DNA of 64,000 bases from Selaginella moellendorffii (Eukaryota; Plantae; Lycopodiophyta), in contig NW_003314263.1 in assembly GCF_000143415.4 (NCBI RefSeq), forward strand, positions 4,277,946 through 4,341,945, in the 5' to 3' direction. The position numbers and the translations under genes are program-made. This document shows, in pieces, positions 25,400-35,620 of this stretch (positions are counted from its first letter, which is position 1; every line of letters starts with the position of its first letter). A model generated the notes under the pieces. That model saw nothing but the letters and a program-made list of their open reading frames with translations. It was not told where the DNA came from and did no database searches.

Positions 25400-27250
25400 T
25401 TAGTCAGACGTGATGACTGATACCTTAGGAGGCGAGAAAAAAGATCTAGGAAATGTCAACCCCAACATTCTCCATCTGGCACTCTCACCAACAATGCTGG
25501 TCCACTCCACAGCATCTGGGAAAAAAGGCATGGCCAAAACAAGATCCACCGCTTGCTTTCTCAATGCCACAGTTCGGGACATGACATCTAGCATACAAGA
25601 GTAATGCTGCTTTGATGGCACCAATCCGAAATCCATAGCTATGGAGTGGAACAAAGCTTTTGCAGTATCAAGTTTTCCAGCGTGTCTACATGCTACCAAA
25701 ATCGAAACAAAACAGCTTTCATCAATTGAGTCTATGAGTTTGAACTCGCTGAAAAGTTCAAAGGCACCCCTGTAGTGAGTGTGGTCTTGAGAATAACAAG
25801 AAAGGATGGCATTTGCTGCCACCAGATTAGAAGGTTCATAGGGAATCATATCAAAGAGCTTCTTTGCTTGTTCCAAATGCCCGTTTTCTGCAAACGCACA
25901 GATAATGGCAGTCCAGGCAACAACATCTCGCTCGAGCATTCGATCAAACAAATGCTTGGCTTCCCCTGCCATGTTGTTTTGCCCATACGTAGCTACCAAC
26001 AAAGTCCACGACACTAAGCACCTGTCCGGCATTGCAATGAGCAGATTGTATGCATCTTCTAGCGAGTTTTTCTGGGTATATGCTGTGAGCAATGCGTTCC
26101 AAGATACCAAATTGGTCTCTGGCATCTCGTCAAAGATGCGCTTGGCTTCTTCCAAGTCCCCGTTGGCAGCACGCGTCTGCAGAGCAATGTTCCACGTATA
26201 CAAATCCTTCGCTGGCATTTGGTCAAAGAGCCTCTCGGTGGCAGCTGGTGAGGATGACAACGCTACCAGCATGGCATTTCCCGCCACAAGGTCCCACTCC
26301 GGCATGTCATAGAACACTCTCTGTGCCTCGTCAGCAAGGCCCGCGGCTCCGTATGCTGCCAGCATGGCAGTACACGCGGCAATGTCTCTACCTGGCATGC
26401 CATCAAAGATCTCCTTGGCTCTGTGCAAATGCCCTTTCTGGGCATTGAGGACCAAGAGAGTGTTCCAAGAGGCGGCGTTGCGTTGTGGCATCTGATTGAA
26501 TGTCACTGTTGCGTAGGCAAGATCACCTCTATCAGCGTAGAGCGTGAGCATTGAATTCCACGAATACATGTTCTGCTGGGGCATTTGATTGAAAACTCGC
26601 ACTGCTCGATCAACACAGCCCGCCTGGACGCAGCAGCTCAAGAGCACCGTCCACGAAATCATGTCCCTCTCTGGCATGGAATCGAAAGTTTGCTGCGTGC
26701 CTTCCAGATCTCGCCTCTGAGCGAACCAGTTGAGGAGGATGTTCCATGATGCCAAGTCACGCCCCGGGATCTCGTGAAAAACCTCCAGGATCTGTTCAAT
26801 GCTTGCTCGCTCTTGAGCCGCGATTGCTCCAAGGAGGACGTTCCAGCAGATGGTATCGCGCTCCGGAAGTTCGCGATCAAACATTAATCGCAACATTGCA
26901 TGATCCATAGTCTGGGCATATGCGTGGAGCAAGGTGGTCCAGGAGACGATGCTGCGCATCGGCATTCTTTCCAGAAAGAGTCGCGCTTGATCGAGTTTTC
27001 CGCCGGCGACAAATGCTGTGAGCATTGAATTCCAAGAGACGAGAGTGCGCTGTGGCATCTGATCGAAGACGGATTGGGCTCGATCCAAATCTCCTTGACG
27101 GGCATATCCAGAGAGCAAGATATTCCACGACGCTATGCTCCATTCCGGCATCCGATCGAACAGGTGCTTCACTCCATGCGCACTCCCGCTCCTCGCTTGC
27201 TCCAAAAGGATCGAATTCCAAGAACCCAAGCTCTCGATCACACCATTCAT
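25400..27250 (-). CDS. PLS-class PPR protein rich in short S-type repeats, truncated E domain, no DYW
   Basis: Intronless 616-aa ORF with ~31-aa repeats FDxMPxRxxxSWNxML, ending HYSCMLDVMSR..MPFFPDAVEW. Confidence 0.9.
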   Translation of the reverse strand: MNGVIESLGSWNSILLEQARSGSAHGVKHLFDRMPEWSIASWNILLSGYARQGDLDRAQSVFDQMPQRTLVSWNSMLTAFVAGGKLDQARLFLERMPMRSIVSWTTLLHAYAQTMDHAMLRLMFDRELPERDTICWNVLLGAIAAQERASIEQILEVFHEIPGRDLASWNILLNWFAQRRDLEGTQQTFDSMPERDMISWTVLLSCCVQAGCVDRAVRVFNQMPQQNMYSWNSMLTLYADRGDLAYATVTFNQMPQRNAASWNTLLVLNAQKGHLHRAKEIFDGMPGRDIAACTAMLAAYGAAGLADEAQRVFYDMPEWDLVAGNAMLVALSSSPAATERLFDQMPAKDLYTWNIALQTRAANGDLEEAKRIFDEMPETNLVSWNALLTAYTQKNSLEDAYNLLIAMPDRCLVSWTLLVATYGQNNMAGEAKHLFDRMLERDVVAWTAIICAFAENGHLEQAKKLFDMIPYEPSNLVAANAILSCYSQDHTHYRGAFELFSEFKLIDSIDESCFVSILVACRHAGKLDTAKALFHSIAMDFGLVPSKQHYSCMLDVMSRTVALRKQAVDLVLAMPFFPDAVEWTSIVGESARWRMLGLTFPRSFFSPPKVSVITSD

Positions 27251-27309
27251 TCATTCCAATCAATCAATCTACGCCTAGCTACCAGCCAGCAAGAGAAGCA
27301 GAAGGGGAG

Positions 27310-29304
27310 TTACATGTTGAGGCTTGGAATGCGGTACTTTCGTGTTATAGCATCGACAACTTCCGGGCTTTGTCTACCGTACAGAGCAGTAACTTGCTCG
27401 TACAAGACCTTCATCGTCTCGGGTTTCCTCCCACTGATGTTACATAAGAATGCAATCCTCGACAGCGTGTGCTTGCTGCCCGAACCGGTCTCACGCATGA
27501 TCCTCAACAGCTGCTCGCAGTCGATCGGGACCCGAGGATCCCTGAGCATGCAGACTGCCGAGTAGTGATCCACAAACCCAGCACGAATCCAATCCTTCTC
27601 CTGCTCGCTCATCCCTTTGATCCGCTTCTCAATCTCCACCACCACGTCCATGACATCGTCGTCGACTTTGATCGCCAGCCCCGATCCCCCGCGATCGTCT
27701 TCGTAGCCGGGAAGATCACCCAAGACATGACGGTGGCTCCGCTCCAGCTTGCATCGCTCGCAGCTACACTCAAAGTTGTACTGCTGGATCATCTTCTCGC
27801 GGTAGCCGGCGTAGGGAGCCAGCGGCGGCTCCAGATACGAGAGCAGCACCTCGTCCCCGGCCTTGAGATCCTTGGCAGCTCTCACGAACACCACATCGCC
27901 GATGCTCATCTTGGAAGCGTTTGGAATGCACGAGTGGTTGATCAATCCCACCGATGCCCACAGCCCCGGAACGTATGAGCCGCCAGATCCCTGCGAGCTG
28001 TAGCCCACTCGATCGCGAGCTCTTCGAATCCTGGCAACGTCCACGCCGCGGCTGCTTCTCGGCGTGGCCGCCACCTTTCCGGTGTTACACTTGAACGGGG
28101 CCAAGTCGGGCAGTGCCGTCACCTCGGCTGCCTCGCGGTCGGCCATGGCATAGATCTGCTCGAGCCGCCGCTCGGACTCCACACACGCCTTGACGATCTC
28201 CACCACCAAGTCCTCGTCTGCGTCATGGGAAGCGGCGCTTGACACAGCCGCGATTGGATTGCAAGCGAGCAGCAAGTCCCCGAGTTGGACGTCGCGGGTG
28301 AGGAAGATCCCCCGTCCTCGCCCGTCGTGGGTGTGCTTGATCTCCAGAGGACCGAAGTAGTCACTGCATTGCAATGGCGTGTCGCTGGCCTTGTTGGGGA
28401 GGAAGTAAGGAGAGAGATCGTAGTCGCCGTGCTGGCTTTGCCGGAGGAACACCTTACATTGGTCGATCTCGCTCGCTAGAGCTTGCTCTTCTTCTTCTTC
28501 TTCATCGCCTTGTTTCATGGCGGACTCGAGGCATTCCAAGGCGAGTTGGTGCTCCTGGAGAGCAGACAGTCCCCGTCCCTTGCTCCACAAGCTCCTCCTT
28601 CGAACGGCAATGCCACCATCACCAGAAATGCTCAAGGCCATGTCGGCGTCCGCCACCGCCTCCTCAAACTTGCCCAGCTTGAGCCGACACTCAGCCCTGC
28701 TGGAGAACACGTCCTTCTCCACCGGACCATACGTGCTCGCGTCCCTGGCCGCGAACACATCGATGCACTCGGTGAAGTAGAGCTCCGCCATGAGGAAGCT
28801 GCCCTTGGCCATGAACCGGCTGCCTTCCCTGCGCAGCTCCTCCAAAGGCCTCCGCCGGAGCCTCTTGGCCAGGCCCAGGAAGTGGAGCGAGGCGGGGCTG
28901 GAGACGTGCATGATGGAGCGGTAGCACAGCGGCTCCTTGATGGCGAGGCGGGCATCGGTGGGAAACATGGACTGGGCGGCGTCCTGCCTGGTGCAAGTGG
29001 AGGCGAGAGCGTTGAAGACGTGGAGGAAGGCGGCGCCGGCGTTGTCGGCGTCGTCGGCCTCGACGAGGCAGAGGAGGAGGCGGGAGTTGGGCACCCGGGC
29101 GGAGGCGCAGATGTTGGCGTGGATGACGCGGCCGTCGTAGCAAATCTCCTTGCCCAGCTGCTGCGACCGAATGTGGGCCTCGCGGATGTCCAGCGGCTTG
29201 AGGCCCAGCAGCGGCGCGGCGGAGAGCTTGCACTTGTCGCTCATGGCGGCGCCCGCCTCGCTGCACATCACCTTGAACGCCCTCATCAGCGACGCCTTGT
29301 CCAT
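27310..29304 (-). CDS. Intronless TPR + SET domain protein (lysine methyltransferase-like)
   Basis: TPRs (LRREGSRFM..., SSRAECRLKLGKFEEAVADA). SET motifs GRGRGIF, INHSCIPN, EVLLSY and post-SET FECSCERC. Likely ATG at 29304, just downstream of a telo-box. Confidence 0.88.
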   Translation of the reverse strand: MDKASLMRAFKVMCSEAGAAMSDKCKLSAAPLLGLKPLDIREAHIRSQQLGKEICYDGRVIHANICASARVPNSRLLLCLVEADDADNAGAAFLHVFNALASTCTRQDAAQSMFPTDARLAIKEPLCYRSIMHVSSPASLHFLGLAKRLRRRPLEELRREGSRFMAKGSFLMAELYFTECIDVFAARDASTYGPVEKDVFSSRAECRLKLGKFEEAVADADMALSISGDGGIAVRRRSLWSKGRGLSALQEHQLALECLESAMKQGDEEEEEEQALASEIDQCKVFLRQSQHGDYDLSPYFLPNKASDTPLQCSDYFGPLEIKHTHDGRGRGIFLTRDVQLGDLLLACNPIAAVSSAASHDADEDLVVEIVKACVESERRLEQIYAMADREAAEVTALPDLAPFKCNTGKVAATPRSSRGVDVARIRRARDRVGYSSQGSGGSYVPGLWASVGLINHSCIPNASKMSIGDVVFVRAAKDLKAGDEVLLSYLEPPLAPYAGYREKMIQQYNFECSCERCKLERSHRHVLGDLPGYEDDRGGSGLAIKVDDDVMDVVVEIEKRIKGMSEQEKDWIRAGFVDHYSAVCMLRDPRVPIDCEQLLRIMRETGSGSKHTLSRIAFLCNISGRKPETMKVLYEQVTALYGRQSPEVVDAITRKYRIPSLNM

Positions 29305-29499
29305 CTCTAGGTTAAAAGGTTTAGGGTTTAAACGTACTTTGTCTCTAGTATATACTATGTTTCTGTTTTTCAAAAAGCTGAGTAGCTAGGCCAACTACGT
29401 ATCTTCTTGTTATATAATCTCCCACTTAGGTGTTGAAACTTTAACACCCGAGAGTAGGATAAAAGGGGCTCCGTGCTGCTCAGCAAATGTAGCAATTAA

Positions 29500-31270
29500 A
29501 TGGATCTCTTTCTGGTGCTTACGCTTACCATCTCTGCTTATACATGCACAGGTGACACAAATCACTTTAACATTTTTCTTGAGTTGTAAGTAGCTCAATT
29601 CTTTTGGTCTTGTTATCCAGCAATCAGTCCGGAATCGAGCTCTGCCATCCCACCTATGAGTGAACCATCTGTGCAGCTCAAATGGAACTCCTATGACTAC
29701 ATCATTGTGGGAGGAGGAACTGCTGGATGCCCATTAGCCGCCACACTCTCCCAGAGGTTCAAGGTTTTGGTCCTGGAGCGCGGAGGTTTCCCCGATCCAA
29801 TCTCCACACGCCGAGACAGCTTTTTACTGACTTACGAAAACCAACTTGGCAGCAACACACTCGTCCAGGGATTCGTTTCCACGGATGGCGTTAGAAACGG
29901 CCGGGCTCGAGTGCTGGGCGGTGGAAGCTCAATCAACGCCGGGTTTTACAACCGAGCGAGTCCTCAAACCATAGCAGACATGGGCCTCGATGGGAGCCTG
30001 GCTAACGCGTCCTTCCAGTGGGTGGAGAGAATTGTGGCGTCATTCCCAGAGCTTGGGCCATATCAGAGAGCGTTCAGGCAGTCCCTGCTCGAGGCAGGAG
30101 TGACTCCTGACAACGGTGCCAGCTACGACTTTCAAGTTGGAACCCAAACCGGGGGAACGAATTTCGATAGCCAGGGGTTCCGGCGGCCAGCTTCAATCTG
30201 TTTGTTTACGCCAATCGTACGAACCTGGACGTTCTGCTCTACGCACAAGTTGAGCTCATCCTTTTCAAAGGTTCAGTCTTTACGTGTTCACAATGTTCAC
30301 AATGTTCCTAACCGCCAAATCCAGGGCTTCGAGCTTATGGAGTGCGGTATACAGACTTCCTTGGCTTACCGCACACGGCTCTTCTTAGCAGACACCCCAA
30401 GAGTGAAGTGATTTTGTGTGCAGGTGCACTAGGAAGCCCGCAGCTGCTCTTGCTGAGCGGAATCGGGCCAGCAGACCATCTGACAGCCATGGGCATCAAG
30501 GTGGTGTTGAACGCAACTGGAGTTGGACAACAAATGAGAGACAACCCCACAACCCGTCTTGTTATACTCTCGCCTTCCCCAGTGGAGTCGTCACTTGTGC
30601 AAGCCGTGGGAATCACTGCAGCATTTGGCACCTACATCGAGGCTGCGAGTGGTGCTGCTGCAGCAGCTATACCCGGTGCGCCAGTCGAGTACATACTCCA
30701 GAAAGCCGCCGGACCTTTATCTGTAGGCAAGCTTGTTTTGGGGTCCACGATACCATCGTGGGAGATCTTTTCGCGTCTGGACAATTGGATGTCCGAGACA
30801 ATCCGATAGTCACCTTCAACTATTTCCAAAACCCCCAAGACCTGGCGACATGCGTTGCAGGGGTGAACAGGGTCGAGGAGGCCGTTCTCACAAATGCGTT
30901 CCGCCCTTTTGTGTTTGACATTCAGCCTCTCCCATCGGGAGGTACAGTTGGATCGCCCAACCGGAGAAATCCAGCATTTGCGCCCACTCTGAACGCAACC
31001 ATAGCCACCTATTGCGTGACAAACGTTGCAACCATCTGGCACTATCACGGTGGCTGCGTGGTTGGCCAGGTTGTGGATTCCGACTATAGAGTTTTGGGCA
31101 CCCAAGGACTGAGAGTTGTCGATGGTTCTACCTTCGTGTTTTCCCCTGGAACAAATCCACAGGCTACAGTTATGATGCTTGGCAGGTACTGACTTCTTTT
31201 TCTTTTGGGAGTATTTGCTGAGTGTAAGATCTACAGGTATGTCGGCGTAAAAATCCTGGCAGACAGGTAA
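29500..31270 (+). pseudogene. HOTHEAD/mandelonitrile-lyase-like GMC oxidoreductase with two frameshifts
   Basis: Signal peptide exon at 29500, YDYIIVGGGTAGCPLAATLS, GRARVLGGGSSINAG, TIWHYHGGC, PGTNPQATVMMLGRY. 1-bp loss at ~30193 and a non-intronic 38-bp insertion at ~30750-30787. Confidence 0.82.
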
Positions 31271-31417
31271 GAAATACGCGGACCATATACGAAGTTTGCG
31301 TAAACTAAGCGAAAGTAAACGTAAGGCTTCAAAGATTGACTTCCGTTGACTTCAAGGATATTGCTTATAGTTACTGTACACCCGGTGATACACTCCATCA
31401 GTCTCATGCTGCACGTA

Positions 31418-31418
31418 A

Positions 31419-31452
<34 letters not shown>
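31418..31452. repeat. (ATAG)n microsatellite between convergent genes
   Basis: Directly visible. Confidence 0.9.
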
Positions 31453-31453
<1 letters not shown>

Positions 31454-31472
31454 TAGACAGTATAGTTGGAGA

Positions 31473-32853
31473 TCATCCACCAATGTGGACCATGGGCCTG
31501 TTTGGTGTCTTTGCAAGCTCAAACATCCCAGCATGAGCTGCTTTCTTTCTCTTAACCTGCCAGGGAGGAAACGAATAGATACATATCAAGCCATTCTTAT
31601 GGATACTCGAGAACCCACCGCTAGACTGATGATTTGCTCGAGCTCATCACTGGGAACGCCACTTCTTAACGCGTCCCTTAGGCTAACCTGTAAGCAGTGA
31701 ATCAGTGAGAGATCATCGATCAGTTATACATGCAAAAGCACCTCGGCTGTTCCAAAGAGGCAGACTTTGAGATTTCCATCGGCCATTAGTCTCAACCGAT
31801 TGCATCCGCCGCAAAAGTGCTGTGTCATGGAGCTTATGAACGAGACAGAGCCTTGGTATCCCTCGATGTGGAAGTTCTTTGCAGTGTCGTTCGGATGATC
31901 ACAGTGACGCTTGAGAGACGGGTAACGTTGGGCCTTCACAGCGAGAGCTAGACTTAGAGTTTGATGGAAATTTTTTGGCTTACCAGCCTCGAATGCATCT
32001 CGGCGTAAGAGACTAGTTTCTTGGAGCTCCACACGTTTCCGTCAAACGGCATAAACTCGATAAACCGGACGTTGATCGGTTTGTGCCTTGTGAGCTCCGC
32101 AAAGTCGGCGAGTTCATCGTCATTGACGCCTCGCATCACTACACAATTGACCTGCTTGAACTTCAATCCCAGGGAAGGAAACCAACGAAGTCACACATGT
32201 ACCTTGACGGGATTATAGCCCAGCTCCACTGCCGCATCGATGGAGTCAAGAACACGATCATGGCCCTTGCGCCGCGTGAGGAGCTCGAACTTTGCCGGGA
32301 CCAGCGTGTCGAGACTGATGTTGAGCTGATTCAATCCTGCCTGCTTTAGCTGCGGCAGCTTGCGCTCCAGAACCAGGCCGTTGGTTGTCATGGCCAGAGT
32401 CTTGACACCGCTCAAGCCGCTCAAGCGATGGCATATGTCCGTCAAGTCCGCCCTCACGGTGGGCTCTCCTCCCGTGAGCCGTATCTTGTCCACGCCGCCG
32501 CCAACAAACACCTTGGCCAGAGCCACGATCTCGTCCTGCGACAGCAGGTGTGCGCCGGGCGTGAGCTTCACCCCTTCCTCGGGCATACAGTAGTGGCAGC
32601 GAAGGTTGCAGCGCTCCGTGAGAGAGATTCGCAGGTAATTGTGCCTCCTGCCGAAAGAGTCCACCAGCATATCCGACACACTCGGCCCCGCCTCGTCTTC
32701 TCGCTCCGCCGCCACACTGCTGCTGCTGCAGCTGCTACACGCGGCTTTCGTGGCCACGGATCTTCCGCCCCCGCGCCAGTGAAATCTGGAGGGGAATCTA
32801 CTCACCGCATCGCGCAATCCAGAGACGAGGCTCCTGTAGGATCTTGTCATCAT
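31473..32853 (-). CDS. CNX2: GTP 3',8-cyclase, molybdenum cofactor biosynthesis (MoaA), mitochondrial
   Basis: [27 protein letters not shown] (radical SAM), [24 protein letters not shown]-terminal RPMVHIGG*. Confidence 0.96.
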
Positions 32854-33149
32854 CGATTAAACCCTAAGAAGGAACGCGCCACATACATACGCCTCTTTGT
32901 AATTTAAAATGGTAGGTCAAGGGGAAAAAGTAGCCCTTTTTCACCTTCGCGTAATTTCTTGTAATTTCGCCTCTTCGTTTCCACAGAGCCATGCCACCTT
33001 GGCTTGGGCGGCCCTTCGCAACAGCGTTACAGCACCCAAAATTAAAGTTGATCTCCAGCTTCCAAAGCTTTATATTAAGCCAAAATCCAAGCTATTATAT
33101 GTATTTCAATTTGACCAAGCACCTAGAAACGCTTATAGCCCCTTGGAGA

Positions 33150-35149
33150 TCATAGCGAGCCAGGGCGAGCTTGGCTGGCCTTCGCAACAGCAGTGGCGGC
33201 AGCACCACTTCCACGCCCAAAACTAAAGCCCCGAGTTCCGTCCGGCATTCGAGGACCTGGCGGCGGCTTTGCTACCATCGTTTCGCCAGTGGAAGGGCTG
33301 CAACTTATCTGTGGAGATGTCCCCAGCATGCCACCGTTGGCGTTGATCAATCCTCCTCCGCCTCTCCCTCGCCCTCGGCCCCCTCGTCCACGACCTCTTC
33401 CCCCGGCCTGCTGCTGGACTCCACGCTTTGCACTGTCTTTCTCCGTGTCAGGAGCTCCCGTTGCCTAAGAACACGAAAGTCAGTGACGAGAGGAGGGATG
33501 AAAAATGCCAGTACCGTTGTTTCATCTGTCGATAGTGATGCTTCTGAGGCGCCCTCACCTTTACTTTCCAGATCCTCTTCGTCCGTCGAAGACTTTCGGC
33601 CCTTGGCTCCATGATTGTGCTTGCTGGCAGGATACTGAAAACACTCCACAAGAGTTTTTCCTCAACTTCATCCAAAGCGAAGTCCATACCATTCGTCTGA
33701 GCAGAAGACGTACGTGAAGACCGCTCCTCCAGTTTCGTTGGTCAGTCAGCTCCGCAACCTGAGCAAGCCGATAAGATAATCCAAGTAGAAAAAAAAACAT
33801 TATCTGCATGACTTACAGCTTTCTCGGCTTGCTCCAGAGTCTCATACTCTACCAGAGCATGCAGCTTATTACTAACAACTCTGTCGGTTTTAGAGTGCTT
33901 CGCCAATGCAGCACTATTGACACTGTTTGCAGATCCTGGCTCGCACACTCTTACCATTTTCACGCTGCCAGAACACAACATGTCCAACATGAACAAGAGC
34001 CCTCAAAATCAGCGAGTACATACCTTCCAATCGTTCCAAATAGCTTTTCTAGGCTTTGTATGGAGTGATCCTCCGGCAGGTTCTCAGCTACGACTGTTCG
34101 TCCCTTTAAAACGTAAAACAGATCAGGTGGCTAGTTTCTAGCCAGTAGAAGGGCTTACCTGGATTTCGTCAAGGTCAATATCAGCAAGTGGCTCAGCCCG
34201 CCTCACTTTCTTCCCGTCTTCGCTGACTACCTGGAACATTTAAGAATTTCAGATACTTCTGGAATATTTGTGCGAACAACGTACAAGTTTGGAAGAGGAT
34301 CTTAGAGCTGCAGCTAAAGCACCGTAATTCTTTGTAAGCTGCTTGATCTTTCTGAACGATCCAATGATCGGTATCGGAACTGTCCAAAACGAAGGCTGTA
34401 AAAAGCTTGTTTCCACGAACAGAATAGGCGGGCCTTACCGAAACCTTCAGGATCCTTTTTGATGAACTTCATCAAGTAGTTATCTGTTGGAAGGTTGGCA
34501 TCACTGAAATAAAACTCCACCTATCACAAACCGTCAGCAGGAAAGACTATGTAGAAAGACAACGAGACTTCACCTGCTGGACGACTTGAGTGCGAGTATC
34601 TTCACTGAGAGCAGACGACTTCTGAGAGGACGATGGCACCGAAGCATTCTGGTCATCCACGTCCACAACCGAGGGAGCTTCCGGCGGAGATGGCTGGACT
34701 GGCACTGGTGGAAACGAGAGAACACCTGGCTGACCAGGCTGCAAAGCCGCGGGAGGAGGCTGAGGAGACGTCGCCTTGGGAACAAAGACCGGTGCTCCAG
34801 CATTTAGTTTGCTCAGAGAAATCTGCCGAGTGAGTGTTTGATTCTGCTGCTGCTGCTCGGGCACAACACCGGGATCACTCCCAGATCCGGTATCGACACT
34901 GGGTGTGTCCACGCCTTTTTGCGTTTCGGTGATGTCCGAATCCGATTTGGCAGTGCTCACTTCTGCCACTGCCTTTGCGAGCTCAGACTTTACGACCCAG
35001 ACGCCAGCCCCGCGATTCACCACCTTGTTGTGCTTTGGAGCAGCAAAAGCTGTGGTGGCGGCGGCGGCAGCAGTCATGGCGTTGTCGCTTCTCGATGGCG
35101 ATGATGACGATTCCGTTTGCTGCATCAAGGTTCCTCCTGATTCAGCCAT
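33150..35149 (-). CDS. LARP6: La-related protein 6
   Basis: PAM2 SKLNAGAPVFVP, La motif VEFYFSDANLPTD, RRM (HALVEYET), RGG stretch, C-terminal LSA/SUZ-C PGPRMPDGTRGF. Confidence 0.92.
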
Positions 35150-35606
35150 GGATCGATCGGCGTCAGCGATGGAATGACCTAAACGGGTGAGCTACGATTC
35201 CAAAAACCCTAGTGAAAGAAGAAGGCCGCCATACCTCACCAGTGGCCGCCAGGCAATGAATTCAACTGTGCCCTCGCCGCGCCCGCCGCCGCGCCAATGG
35301 ATCGATCCACGGAATGGAGGAAGGAGACCGCGAATGGCAGCGATCGATCGATGGACTGGCGGTGTGTGTGCGTGACACTCGCTCCGTCTGTGGCTATGGC
35401 GATGAAGCTCCGAGCGATGATGCCCTAGTGGCGGTGGCGGCAGAGAGAGGGGGAGGGTCGCGCCGCGCCTCCTTCCCCTTCTAGACACACTACATGTCCT
35501 CCGTTTTATACTGGCACGTCAGCCGTACAGGTGGTCGTGTTGTCCATTTCGATCCACCGTACGGACATTTTCTTTTTTGCCTATAGTGTGCCCTAGATTT
35601 CGGGTT

Positions 35607-35617
35607 TTAGGGTTTTA
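35607..35617. promoter_or_regulatory. Telo-box-like motif (TTAGGGTTT) immediately upstream of the EF-G ATG
   Basis: Similar motifs lie within a few tens of bp of the starts of TPR-SET (29321), CNX2 (~32860), the 39062 gene (39048) and PPR-DYW (~39537). Telo-boxes are known in promoters of translation-related plant genes. Confidence 0.45.
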
Positions 35618-35620
35618 GCG

